A stretch of DNA of 64,000 nucleotides from positions 32,001-96,000 of IMG/VR virus record IMGVR_UViG_3300037067_012456; one strand, 5' to 3'. The translations under genes and the position numbers were made by a program. The notes beneath the pieces were generated by a model. It did not search any database, was not told where the DNA came from, and saw only the letters and a list, made by a program, of their open reading frames with translations. Origin of the DNA: a virus. Its lineage: Duplodnaviria > Caudoviricetes. This document shows positions 18,701 to 27,860 of this stretch, one piece after another. The first letter of the stretch is position 1. Every line of letters starts with the position of its first letter.

Positions 18701-19253
18701 GTTTTTCATAAAATGAAGAAGGAATTTTAATTGAGAGATTTAATCTATTAATTTTTGAAGTATCATCTTTTACTTTAATAAAATCAAGAATATTTGGATG
18801 TTCTATAGAAAGAAGAGCCATTCCAGCTCCCCTTCTTTTACCCCCTTGACGAATACTATCAAGCATTGAATTAAAGTTTTCTATGAATGCAAGAGGTCCA
18901 CTAGAATTAGCACTTAGACTTAATATATTTTCTCCAGAACCACGTAATGACGAAAAATCATATCCAACACCACCACCAGATTTTGTTACTAATGCTCCCT
19001 CTTTTAGAGATTCAAAGATTTCTTCTATGGAATCTTCTATTTGCATTGGAAAACAGGAACTTAATGTTCCTTTTCTTTCAGAAGTTCCCCCATTCATAAG
19101 AGTGGGGGAAGATGGGATAAACCATTTATTTTTAATATATTCTTTAATGGGAGGATATATATTACTAACTCGTTCTGCTAGTTGCTCCCATGTTTCTTCA
19201 TTTTTTAAGAAATAACGTTCCTTAAGAAGTTTTAAAATTGCCCCTTCATTCAT
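15702..19253 (-). CDS. nrdJ: class II (adenosylcobalamin-dependent) ribonucleotide reductase containing an intein
   Basis: PSSPTLMNGG, SSCF, GGGVG, NPCSE, SCNLGSINL, RPIGLG, APTGTIS, SSGIEP, T.YRDG.R and a C-terminal Cys-rich tail (CQQCG...GCVKC...CGFSKCG); no ATP cone; no nrdB in the window. Confidence 0.9.
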   Translation of the reverse strand: MNEGAILKLLKERYFLKNEETWEQLAERVSNIYPPIKEYIKNKWFIPSSPTLMNGGTSERKGTLSSCFPMQIEDSIEEIFESLKEGALVTKSGGGVGYDFSSLRGSGENILSLSANSSGPLAFIENFNSMLDSIRQGGKRRGAGMALLSIEHPNILDFIKVKDDTSKINRLNLSIKIPSSFYEKLEKDPNCPHMVRSKNGLEYAVQDKTGKTYTTKEVWDLIIKQAWKCAEPGIFNETIAHDRCTVTNLNDQVICNPCSEFTGIPYQSCNLGSINLIKMLDGSKFNWERFTELIKESTRFIDNAIDINIYPLSKIKKITLDTRPIGLGTMGLAHILFKKKIPYNSEKAIKFTEELFRYFTLISMKESIELSKEYRKEQIERDKKWECLANPAEVGAYPAFNYNLFMKANERFFTKNCRDIDIDQLKKDIKKHGIRNSCFTSQAPTGTISFIADVSSGIEPVFGLVYSRKIEKLNKEYETVYLSDPIFEEYLNENFSAEIKTKIMKEVSENNGSCQTCKDIPEEMRKVFVTAGDLKPMEHLDILESVANNVSLSVSKCVAKGTKIQTNKGIFSIEELGDASGNDVFGKAKDLKVRDINGDWKKIKKHYSGGIKPTKIIYFDNGDILECSETHKLYTKNGWIESKNLKENDYIYCRSRDYSEEFIGKQSLCVDFTNKSNSNDICLPNIMSEDLALFLGMIVSDGSLVESTGHVGITTADDLVENIFTQLCFKLFKCKKVNTIKDKRTKNTRSVYITSRKLMRYIKNLIGNGCLDKTIPKEILYGSKEEKINFINGLSLDGYIKRNTLVLYEGYSKTLVDSIFSICCELGLKPYKMKKYVKNGRISKYTYGVSINESFFTPIEKHKQIKIAGYNLIPFPKELKNIKICDIVSTNIEKYTHSHKTFNIQQKNENPLRTNNRILLDFFPNFDKDLYLIKIKKIENNENEVYDIEVEDTNSYLINNIISHNTINMPSNISPEEVSQVFLEANKRGIIGVTCYRDGCREGILTHNNDNKTLRNAPKRPKELPCEIHRVVYQGKMWIAFVGLYENKPFEVFAGAVEDVNIPKNITEGFIVKQKSSHYSFKFDDEIIVNNIMKTFANKEHDAFARSISLELRHGIPLKFIVETLNKSEGGITHFAKVIARTLKKYISDGEDAGKCQQCGSKLIYFDGCVKCSNMECGFSKCG
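16359..17585 (-). mobile_element. 409-aa intein with LAGLIDADG homing endonuclease in nrdJ
   Basis: Junctions SVSK|CVAKGT...YDIEVEDTNSYLINNIISHN|TINMP; block B SETHK; LAGLIDADG blocks LGMIVSDGS and FINGLSLDG. Confidence 0.92.
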
Positions 19254-19279
19254 ATATTACCTCAATTTAAAATTATCTA

Positions 19280-20026
19280 TTAGAAATTACCAGCAAAAAG
19301 ATCTGTATCCATTTCAGCTATATATACTATATGTCTATCATAAAACCTAATAATATTAAGTGTTTCTGTTCCAGTTTGTACTTCTACACTTGCATAGCGT
19401 ACCCAACCATTTGGAGTTATATCTGTAATCATACCAATATGTCTATTAATATGAGGAACAGTTATATATTCACCATTTTTCATTTTAACTTTTTTGTAAC
19501 TAGAATAATCTAAAATTATATAATCTCCAGCACAAACTTCACTTGGTTTTCGTCTAATAATTTTAGTTTGTGGATTATCTCTTTTTATTTTAGTTAATCT
19601 ATAAGTTAAACCAGGAATAGATGCATTTTCTAATCTTGCACCAAATTTTGCATAAAAGCCCTTAAATGAATTTAAACAATCTATAGTTTTTGCTCGTTCG
19701 TTTTTACCATATGCCCATTTCCAACCATTATACATAGTTGCAAATTGAATTCTTTTTTCCATTGGAGAAATTTCATTATAAAAAATATCATGATTTTTTT
19801 GAGCTTCTGATTTAGCCAAATCAAGAGAAAAAGTAAATGATATCATTGAAGAAAAAATTATAATACAAATTACTGATAAAAATACTAATAAAGTAATTGG
19901 ATTATATTTAGAGCATACATTTGAAAAATATTTTTTTTCATTTTTTAGAAAAAAATTATATCTAAATTTCATAAAGTTGTAACGATCTTTAAGTTTTTTT
20001 GAAAATATTTTTATTATAATATCCAT
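19280..20026 (-). CDS. membrane-anchored NlpC/P60-like (papain-fold) protein
   Basis: TM segment ITLLVFLSVICIIIFSSMI, then W.YG...IDCLNS...AGDYII...RHIGMI (Cys/His dyad pattern). Confidence 0.55.
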   Translation of the reverse strand: MDIIIKIFSKKLKDRYNFMKFRYNFFLKNEKKYFSNVCSKYNPITLLVFLSVICIIIFSSMISFTFSLDLAKSEAQKNHDIFYNEISPMEKRIQFATMYNGWKWAYGKNERAKTIDCLNSFKGFYAKFGARLENASIPGLTYRLTKIKRDNPQTKIIRRKPSEVCAGDYIILDYSSYKKVKMKNGEYITVPHINRHIGMITDITPNGWVRYASVEVQTGTETLNIIRFYDRHIVYIAEMDTDLFAGNF

Positions 20027-20204
20027 TTTATTAACCCTTTTTAAAATTTTTTATGGTATATAAAAAAGAATTCCTTTTTTAGTCTTCTTTTTAATAAAAC
20101 TTTTTAATAAATATACATTTTTATTAAAATATATATTTATCTTTTTCTATCATAAAAAATATGAATGTAGGCTTTATTTCTATAGCTGCCATTCAAGTTA
20201 TTAA

Positions 20205-20233
20205 AATATATCATAATTTTTAGTACAAGTCAA
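20205..20233 (-). promoter_or_regulatory. sigma70-type promoter with extended -10
   Basis: TTGACT-17-TATATT, preceded by TGn. Confidence 0.7.
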
Positions 20234-20241
20234 TAAGAATT

Positions 20242-20421
20242 TTAATTATTATTAATAAAAATTTTATGATTTAACGTAGCTTTAATTAATTTTCTTTCGT
20301 TAGTTTTAGCAGTAATATTTGAAATTAGCCATTGTTTTTTTAATTTTCTTAATGCTTTTTTATCGGGTAAATTTAAATGTGATGCATAACGTATTAATAG
20401 TGTGGCTGTTTTACCATTCAT
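20242..20421 (-). CDS. small basic hypothetical protein (59 aa)
   Basis: MNGKTATLLIRYASHLNLPDKKALRKLKKQW...; AAGGAG RBS; below the ORF-track cutoff. Confidence 0.6.
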   Translation of the reverse strand: MNGKTATLLIRYASHLNLPDKKALRKLKKQWLISNITAKTNERKLIKATLNHKIFINNN

Positions 20422-20444
20422 ATTATTCTCCTTTAATTATCATC

Positions 20445-20726
20445 TTATCCTTTATGAATATCATTTTCCCACCCTTTTGAAATAATATAGAGACAACAAT
20501 AACCCATTAAATCTACAATGGTATCTCTAAATGCAGCAGTAGTTGGATCTAAATTTTTTAGACGGAGCAGTTTATCATCCAAACGGGAGGCTATTTGTTG
20601 ATAATTAGTATTTTTGCAAAAAATTCCAAGTGGAATTATTGCGGAGTCTCCATATTGTTCATTCTTTTTTAATACAACTTTGCAAATAGTATCAAAAACT
20701 AATTTAATTTTTTCTTGTGTACTCAC
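20445..20726 (-). CDS. DUF1599 / nucleotide-modification-associated domain protein (MazG-like fold)
   Basis: KKNEQYGDS...RLDDKLLRLKNL...DTIVDLMGY. Confidence 0.8.
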   Translation of the reverse strand: MSTQEKIKLVFDTICKVVLKKNEQYGDSAIIPLGIFCKNTNYQQIASRLDDKLLRLKNLDPTTAAFRDTIVDLMGYCCLYIISKGWENDIHKG

Positions 20727-20727
20727 T

Positions 20728-21519
20728 TTATACTATCTCCATTTCCTTTTTTCGTAAATAAGAGTTTCTTCTAGATTCATTTAACTTTCTTTGGTGTTCT
20801 TCAGAACGTATCCTACCCCTTAGAGATATACTTATTTTATTTTTAGTTTCTTCAGACATTAATTGGCCTTTATGAGATCTACTTAAATTTTCTTTCCATT
20901 CTTCAGAAAATGTAGGACGGTTTTTTCCTTTTGTTTTTTTACTTAAATTATCTTTCCATTCTTGTGTATGTAGTCTCCCTTTTGAAGCTTCCCCTATTTT
21001 CTTTCTTGATTCTATATTTTGTTTTTTTCCTCTCATTCCAAAATTAGGATTATTTTTTATATTTTCTTTAAATTTTCTTTTGGTTTCCTCCGTGGGTTTA
21101 TAACCTTTATGAGATTCACTTAATTTTAATAATGTTTCTTTTGTACGAATTTTTCCTTTATTACTTTCACCTATTTTTTTCTTATGATCTTCTGTTAATT
21201 TTGAACCTTTACGAGAAGGAGGACCGTTTCCACCTTTTGCTATATTATATACATTATTTTTATTTAAAATAAAATATTCTGAAATTATAAATTCTTCCAG
21301 TTCATTTAAATCTTCTATACAATTACATTTATCATAAATAATCTCCCATTTAAAATTATTAATACCATATTTTAAAATGGCTTTATGAAAATACATATTA
21401 TCTTGAGATCTAGCTTGATATAAATGTCCTAATTTTCTCTTTTCAAGAGATTGTGTAGTTTTACCAATATAAATTTTTTTATTTATATTATTTGTAACTT
21501 TGTATAGTATCATTGTCAT
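20728..21519 (-). CDS. free-standing GIY-YIG homing endonuclease with NUMOD3 repeats
   Basis: ILYKVTNNINKKIYIGKT...LEKR...H...LEEFII...YNIAKGG, then repeated S/TEETKxKIS.SHKG units. Confidence 0.9.
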   Translation of the reverse strand: MTMILYKVTNNINKKIYIGKTTQSLEKRKLGHLYQARSQDNMYFHKAILKYGINNFKWEIIYDKCNCIEDLNELEEFIISEYFILNKNNVYNIAKGGNGPPSRKGSKLTEDHKKKIGESNKGKIRTKETLLKLSESHKGYKPTEETKRKFKENIKNNPNFGMRGKKQNIESRKKIGEASKGRLHTQEWKDNLSKKTKGKNRPTFSEEWKENLSRSHKGQLMSEETKNKISISLRGRIRSEEHQRKLNESRRNSYLRKKEMEIV

Positions 21520-21998
21520 ATGTTTGAAAAAGATGTTCTATTATATGCATCTTTTATTCTAAAAATATCATTTTCGTCGTTGATTCCGAAAGCCACATCT
21601 AAAATCATTCCATATTCTTCTTTTCCAACATATTTAGCTCTATGAATAACATATTCATGAAATCCGAACATATCTAATTTATTAGCTTCTATTGTTATTA
21701 AATTTATATCTAAAAAATTTTCAATAAGTTTAAATTTTTTATCATCAAAATCAGACATATTTACTATATCTAATGGAATTGGCGTAGAACTATATTGAAT
21801 AATAAAATTATCTGAAAGTAATAAATAAAATTGTGCTCTTTTTAGATGATATTGTAAAGATAAAGTTTCATTCTTTTTAACATATAAAATTTTAGTAGTT
21901 GATTTGACATTATCTGCATAGAGGCCATAATATCCCCAAGGTCTAATAACTTCTTCAAATTTAAATGGTTCTACATTTTCGCCTTTTTTTAATCTCAT
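21516..21998 (-). CDS. cupin, mannose-6-phosphate isomerase (ManC C-terminal) type
   Basis: RPWGYY, KILYV, LSLQYHLKR, IHRA, DENDIFRIKDAYNR. Confidence 0.8.
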   Translation of the reverse strand: MRLKKGENVEPFKFEEVIRPWGYYGLYADNVKSTTKILYVKKNETLSLQYHLKRAQFYLLLSDNFIIQYSSTPIPLDIVNMSDFDDKKFKLIENFLDINLITIEANKLDMFGFHEYVIHRAKYVGKEEYGMILDVAFGINDENDIFRIKDAYNRTSFSNI

Positions 21999-22765
21999 TT
22001 TATATCTCCGCTTTTAATATAAGTTATTTTCTCAGCTGGTTTCTCAATAAAACCACCTGATTTTAAAACACTCTCCTCTAAGTAGTTAAATCTTTTTGAT
22101 AAAGTATATCTTAGTTGTCTTATTAATTCAGTATAATTTGGATCTTTTTCATATTCTAAAAGCTCTAATTGAACATCATTTATCATTTTTTCCAAAGCAT
22201 CTATTTTAAAAGATAGAAAAGCATTTGCCAACCCTTCTCTACTGTTTAAAGGATATAGATTATCTCGTACAGTTTGATATGTTTTTACAATTTGTGTTTC
22301 AACTTTTCCGCATAAAAGATGTAATTGATTATATTCAATAGTTTCTTCTTGAGACAATATTCGTGATTCTTGATAATCTCTTAATTCTTTTAATCTATCT
22401 TGTATCATTTTTAATCTTAAACCCAATGATTCAAGAACACCAGAAGCACCTGCATAAATATCCAAATTTCCTTCAAGAATAGAAGTTATAATAGCTTGAG
22501 ATTCTTGAGTATTAGATTCTTTTAAATTAATAATTTTAGAAACTGATGGAGCTAATATAAAATGACTATCAAAATGAGTTTGAAGCATATTTAGAGAAAT
22601 ACCTTTTAATTGACTTATATCATCTAAACTCATATGTTGTTTTGCTCTAAGCATATTAATTTCCATATGATTAGAAAGAGTACAAATAGAACATGCTCTA
22701 CTTTTTCTAGTATATCGACCATATAATTCAGAATCATCTTCAATTAGATTTGTTATATCACTCAT
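21995..22765 (-). CDS. Zn-binding/HTH hypothetical protein (possibly small-terminase-like)
   Basis: CSIC...SLDDIS...ISLNMLQTHFDSH followed by a long helical region. Confidence 0.4.
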   Translation of the reverse strand: MSDITNLIEDDSELYGRYTRKSRACSICTLSNHMEINMLRAKQHMSLDDISQLKGISLNMLQTHFDSHFILAPSVSKIINLKESNTQESQAIITSILEGNLDIYAGASGVLESLGLRLKMIQDRLKELRDYQESRILSQEETIEYNQLHLLCGKVETQIVKTYQTVRDNLYPLNSREGLANAFLSFKIDALEKMINDVQLELLEYEKDPNYTELIRQLRYTLSKRFNYLEESVLKSGGFIEKPAEKITYIKSGDIK

Positions 22766-23151
22766 TTATTTATCCTTTTAGCTGTAACTATACGAATTTT
22801 ATCACCTTTATATTCTTTTTGTTCTTCTGTTGATAAAATTATTTTTGATCCATCAATAATAGGATATACATCAATATATGCAAAATCTTTTGTATTAATA
22901 TCTGATATATGTTTACATAATTTAATAATATCTTGTACTGAAATGTTTTCTTTTTCCATCATATCTAAAAAATCTGATAATGTTATAAAATATTCTTCTT
23001 TATTAGCTAATATAGCTTCAAATTCAATTTCATCAATTTTTTTCTTTTTTTTATTAATATCATCTGATAATATAGATAATTCTTTTATATTTGGCAATAT
23101 ATTATCCTTTAGTAATTTATTACCAAATAATTTTTTTATAAATGGATTCAT
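22762..23151 (-). CDS. hypothetical protein
   Basis: 129 aa, coupled to neighbours. Confidence 0.6.
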   Translation of the reverse strand: MNPFIKKLFGNKLLKDNILPNIKELSILSDDINKKKKKIDEIEFEAILANKEEYFITLSDFLDMMEKENISVQDIIKLCKHISDINTKDFAYIDVYPIIDGSKIILSTEEQKEYKGDKIRIVTAKRINK

Positions 23152-23152
23152 A

Positions 23153-24613
23153 TTATTCTTTTGTAATAATTAAAGTATTTTTTATTTTATCGTGTTCTAA
23201 AATTGGAAATACAGAAAATACGGTATTAAGTGTTACATCAAATAAATCTAATAATATTAATTTTGATGCTAATGCTTGAATAATATAAATATTTTCATTA
23301 GGATTTTTATTTATTAATTCATTAGCTAATAATGTAACATGATAACAAAAATAGTATCTTAAATAATTTGATACTGTAGTTACTGATATTGGTTGTAAAG
23401 GAGTAGATAAATGATTTATAATTGAACCATTTTCAATTGTTTGAATAGTCATATCAGCATAAGTTTGTGCTTGTTCTATTTTTAATTGTTTATTAAGAGA
23501 TTGAGATTTTAATGATTTTAATTTAGAATCATCCCGTAGTAATTCTGCATAAAGACTATCTTGTTTATTATCTAATAATTTAATTTGATTATCCATATCA
23601 ATTAAATCATCTTCAGTAAGTTTTTCGCCAGATTTAATTTCCTTATCTATAGTATCAATAGAAATTTCAGATGTTTTTATTAATTTCAAAATATCTTGTT
23701 TTGTTTTTTCTAAAGATGTTCTATCATGTTCAAATACAATTCTTTTATCTTTTAAAAAACTTGTATCCTCCTCAGAACCACTTCTATCTAATGCCCAAGC
23801 AAGTTCAGAATCAATATCAGTTATAATTTTATCGAGTTTTTCAAGACGATTATTATAGTCATCAATAGTAACTCTAAGCATTTCATGTTCATTTATTAAT
23901 CTATTTTTCTCCGCTATTAATTCTCCTCTATTTTCTACAGATGAAAAAGATGCTTGTTTTTTATTTTTAATATTTTCTTTTTCTATTTTAATTTGTTCCA
24001 TTTGATTCATATAATTTGAAACTTGTTCTTCAAGAGCTTCTATTAAAAGTTTAGAATTAGAAATGTCTTTAGTAGTAATGTTTTCTTGATCAACAAATTC
24101 TTTTGAAGAATTAATATCAAATTTCTTTTCTAGAGCTGGAAATACTCTTTTTACTGTTGGCTTAAATTCATTTATAAAAGAAAATATATTATCATATTCT
24201 TCAAATATATCTCTAACTGGGTGTGTAATAAAAAATGTATTAAATATATTTCCAAATTTAAGAAATTGTATTTCATCAGGAACAATTGTTTCTTCATTAT
24301 TACAAATAATATTATATTCTTTATCTTGATATAAAAGACCTAAAGTAACAACAACAGATTTTGGTAATGTATAATAATTACCAAATGAGTTTTTTATCAA
24401 TTCAATTATATATAATGGAATTGTTTTTTCTTTTTTAAAATTAATAACAGATGTAGATGCTCCATCAGAATCCTTATCTGTATAAGTTAAATATAACCAT
24501 TGAATATCATTTAATTTTGTTAATGTCTCTGATATTTTAAAAAATACAGATTCATAAACAGAATCCTTTAATCCAGTGTGTTCACAAAAATCTTTATAAA
24601 TATTCTTTTTCAT
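23153..24613 (-). CDS. coiled-coil protein (SMC-like architecture without clear ATPase motifs)
   Basis: Globular ends flanking a long heptad region; AGGAG RBS. Confidence 0.6.
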   Translation of the reverse strand: MKKNIYKDFCEHTGLKDSVYESVFFKISETLTKLNDIQWLYLTYTDKDSDGASTSVINFKKEKTIPLYIIELIKNSFGNYYTLPKSVVVTLGLLYQDKEYNIICNNEETIVPDEIQFLKFGNIFNTFFITHPVRDIFEEYDNIFSFINEFKPTVKRVFPALEKKFDINSSKEFVDQENITTKDISNSKLLIEALEEQVSNYMNQMEQIKIEKENIKNKKQASFSSVENRGELIAEKNRLINEHEMLRVTIDDYNNRLEKLDKIITDIDSELAWALDRSGSEEDTSFLKDKRIVFEHDRTSLEKTKQDILKLIKTSEISIDTIDKEIKSGEKLTEDDLIDMDNQIKLLDNKQDSLYAELLRDDSKLKSLKSQSLNKQLKIEQAQTYADMTIQTIENGSIINHLSTPLQPISVTTVSNYLRYYFCYHVTLLANELINKNPNENIYIIQALASKLILLDLFDVTLNTVFSVFPILEHDKIKNTLIITKE

Positions 24614-24624
24614 AGAAACTCCTT

Positions 24625-26721
24625 TTAATTTACTATATAACTTTTATATTCTGAAGACATTCTAACATTTATTACATTTGGAAAACTATCAGAATCTTCT
24701 GTATGAGTTATAATTAATATTTGATTAAAATAATTAGATATTAATGTTAATATCTTTTTTATTAATGCTCTATTTTCTTCATCTAAGGAACCAAAAGGTT
24801 CATCCATTACAATAAATTTTATATTAGATTGAGATTGCATAGCTATTACTCTTGAAAATCCTAATCTAATTCCTATATTAACTATTGTTCTTTGTCCTCC
24901 AGATAATCTTTTATAACTTCTATATTTCCCATTTACTTCAAAACCAATAACAATAGGTAAAGATTTTTTACTAGTATCTTCATAAATAGTAACTGAAATT
25001 TCAGGCATAATTTGATGAATTAAATCGTTAGCAAGTTCTTCTATAGAACTAATAGAAGAATTAAATAATTGTCTTGGTATTTCTGAAAAGATTTGTTGCA
25101 AAACTTCATCATATTTTTTATTTTCTCTCATTTCCTTTAATAAAATTTCATCTGAAATTTTATCATTTATAAGTATTTGTTTTTGTTCTTCTTTTTCTTT
25201 TAAAATACCCAAATTAAAATTAATCTGATCTAATTGTTTAGTATATTTATTTAATTCAGATATATTATAATTATACTCTTGTTCGGTAATATTTATATCT
25301 TTAATTTGATTATTTAATTCTTTTATATCAAGTTCTAATGAAGATATTTTCTCTTTACTTAATTTTTGTTCGTTTTCTAATGATAGAATTTGATTAGTAT
25401 TTAATGTTATTTTTGATTGTTTTAGTTCTATTGATGCTTTTCTTTGTATTTCTTCAGAATTAATTTTATTAATTTTATCTATTGTTTCTTTTAAATTTTT
25501 ATTAAATTCTAATAACTTAGATTCAAAATCTTTTAGTTCCGCTTCTTTTTCTAAAAGAATATTTTTAATAATAGCTATATTATTATTAATATTAATAATA
25601 TTTTTATTTATATCTTCATTTTCTTTTTCAAGAAGTTCTATATTGACTTCTTGTTTACAAGTAGGACATTTACCAGAAATAATTTTATTTAATTGTGATT
25701 TATTATATTTTAAATCTGCTTCATAAGAATATAATTTTTGTGTATTTATATTAATTTCTGATTTAATATTTTTTATAGTTTCAACAATAGTATTTATACT
25801 ATCTTCTATATCTTTAATAAAAATATCATATTCTTTTTTATACTTTAATGATGCTGGTTCAACTAATAAATCATTTAATTCTTTTGTTAAATCATATTTA
25901 TCAATATTTAATGAATAAATAGATTTTTCATTTGTTTCAAATCTTTTTATTTCAAATTCAAGAATAGATTTATTACTTTTTAATGTAGAATTTATATACT
26001 TAATTTGATTATATTTATCAATATCTTCTTTTAATTTAAACTGTTTTTTATTTATTTCAATAATATCAGTTTGTAGTTTATCTTTATCTTTTAAGAGAGT
26101 ATCTATTTTTTCTATTTCTTCAATAGCTAAACTTATTTGAGTTTGCGTATTAAAAATTATATCATCTTCTTTTTTTATATCACTTGTTATCTCTTTTAAA
26201 ACCTTTCTCCAAATTTCTAATTGAATAACTTTATCAATATAATTTCTTCGTATACCTGGTTCTGTATTTATAAATTTATCCATACCAGATTGTTCAAAAA
26301 AATTAGATGCAGTAAGCATATTATAATCCATACCTATGGTATTAATTATAGCTGCTTGAGTGGTTTTTATATTATCTCCCAATCTATTGTTTTTATCATT
26401 ATTCATATAACATTCTAAATAGGATGTTTTTTTCCTTATACCCCTTTCAACAGTATAATCTACTCCATTCAATTTGTATTTAATACGAACATACATTTCT
26501 TCAGATTCATCATTAATAAACTCTGATATAGTGTCTGCTTCACCTTCTCCAAATAAAGCATACAAAATAGACATAACTATAGAAGTTTTACCAACTCCAT
26601 TAGACTTATTTAAATTACCATCAAAAGAACCTATAATACCAGTAATACCATTATTTATAGGAATATATGTATAGTCTTTATAAGAACCATATCCTTCTAA
26701 TTCAATAGAATTTATATTCAT
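24625..26721 (-). CDS. sbcC: SbcC/Rad50 (gp46-like) ATPase
   Basis: Walker A SNGVGKTS, Q-loop FEQ, Zn hook CPTC, signature LSGGQ, Walker B MDEPFGSLD, H-loop ITH. Confidence 0.95.
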   Translation of the reverse strand: MNINSIELEGYGSYKDYTYIPINNGITGIIGSFDGNLNKSNGVGKTSIVMSILYALFGEGEADTISEFINDESEEMYVRIKYKLNGVDYTVERGIRKKTSYLECYMNNDKNNRLGDNIKTTQAAIINTIGMDYNMLTASNFFEQSGMDKFINTEPGIRRNYIDKVIQLEIWRKVLKEITSDIKKEDDIIFNTQTQISLAIEEIEKIDTLLKDKDKLQTDIIEINKKQFKLKEDIDKYNQIKYINSTLKSNKSILEFEIKRFETNEKSIYSLNIDKYDLTKELNDLLVEPASLKYKKEYDIFIKDIEDSINTIVETIKNIKSEININTQKLYSYEADLKYNKSQLNKIISGKCPTCKQEVNIELLEKENEDINKNIININNNIAIIKNILLEKEAELKDFESKLLEFNKNLKETIDKINKINSEEIQRKASIELKQSKITLNTNQILSLENEQKLSKEKISSLELDIKELNNQIKDINITEQEYNYNISELNKYTKQLDQINFNLGILKEKEEQKQILINDKISDEILLKEMRENKKYDEVLQQIFSEIPRQLFNSSISSIEELANDLIHQIMPEISVTIYEDTSKKSLPIVIGFEVNGKYRSYKRLSGGQRTIVNIGIRLGFSRVIAMQSQSNIKFIVMDEPFGSLDEENRALIKKILTLISNYFNQILIITHTEDSDSFPNVINVRMSSEYKSYIVN

Positions 26722-27860
26722 TTAGAAACCTCAATAACTCTTTCTAATCTCTCTAATCCTCTTTTTATTAATTTTTCTTTATCTATAGAAAAATCTCCTG
26801 TTTTTACAAAATCAATAAAAGTATCTTGATGACTTTTTTTATTATTAATAAATATATTATCTATATTTGTACTTGATGCTTTTGTTCTTTTTTTAATAGA
26901 ACCAATTAAACAATTTTTTGATTTAAAAAATTTATATAGTTCATTTGTATCTATTTTTTCATTAAAAAAATAATCAATAAAAACAACAGAATTTGATAAA
27001 ATTCTCATTGTTTTTAAATGATCAATAGGTGTTATATCATCTGGTATAGAATATTTAATAAATCTTCTTATACCAATTATTTCTTCAAATTTTATATCTC
27101 CATTATGATCAATAAGACAATATCCTTTTTTAGTATTAATATCTGTAGCATCCATATAAGTTGGAGAACCAGAATAAACTACTTTAACAGAAGGAGATCC
27201 ATATATTTGATGCATATGAATATGACCAAGTAAGAAAAGAAATTTTTTATCAGAAGAAATTGTATTTTTATCTAAAAGAGGAACACCTCTTGATAGCATT
27301 CTACCTTCAGATCCAATTTGTGAACTAATTTCTTGTAAATGAGATACTATTATTGTTTTATCAGAAGATGTTTGAATTGCTTTATTTAAAGCGTCTTCAA
27401 TTAAGATATCTTTATCTTTTAAAGATTTACTAGGAATATAAGGTATAAATTTTATATTCCAATTATTCCATGATATAGATTCTATGGGATCTAATTTATC
27501 ACATAAATGAATATTATTTAATTTTAAATTATTTGTATAAATAATACTGTGTGCATACATACTTGTATCATGATTTCCAGTTATAAAATAGCAGGGTTTC
27601 CCTATTGTATTTATTTTTTGAAACCACCCTATCAAAAAATTTATAATTTGCGGAGTTGGATTATTTGTATGTGTCATATCTCCACCAAATATTAACATAT
27701 CTATATCTGGTTTAGATAGTCGTTCAGCAATAGCATTTAGAGCAACCATGCTATCTTGTTCTGCAGAATAAATACCATCCTCATTCTGTATTGAATGAGA
27801 TCTTAAACCCACATGAGAATCACTAAAAAATAATATCATTAATCTATTCTGTTTCTCCAA
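26718..27860 (-). CDS. sbcD: SbcD/Mre11 (gp47-like) nuclease
   Basis: SDSHVG, GGDMTH, GNHD, VSH, LGHIH, YSGSP. Confidence 0.92.
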   Translation of the reverse strand: MEKQNRLMILFFSDSHVGLRSHSIQNEDGIYSAEQDSMVALNAIAERLSKPDIDMLIFGGDMTHTNNPTPQIINFLIGWFQKINTIGKPCYFITGNHDTSMYAHSIIYTNNLKLNNIHLCDKLDPIESISWNNWNIKFIPYIPSKSLKDKDILIEDALNKAIQTSSDKTIIVSHLQEISSQIGSEGRMLSRGVPLLDKNTISSDKKFLFLLGHIHMHQIYGSPSVKVVYSGSPTYMDATDINTKKGYCLIDHNGDIKFEEIIGIRRFIKYSIPDDITPIDHLKTMRILSNSVVFIDYFFNEKIDTNELYKFFKSKNCLIGSIKKRTKASSTNIDNIFINNKKSHQDTFIDFVKTGDFSIDKEKLIKRGLERLERVIEVSK

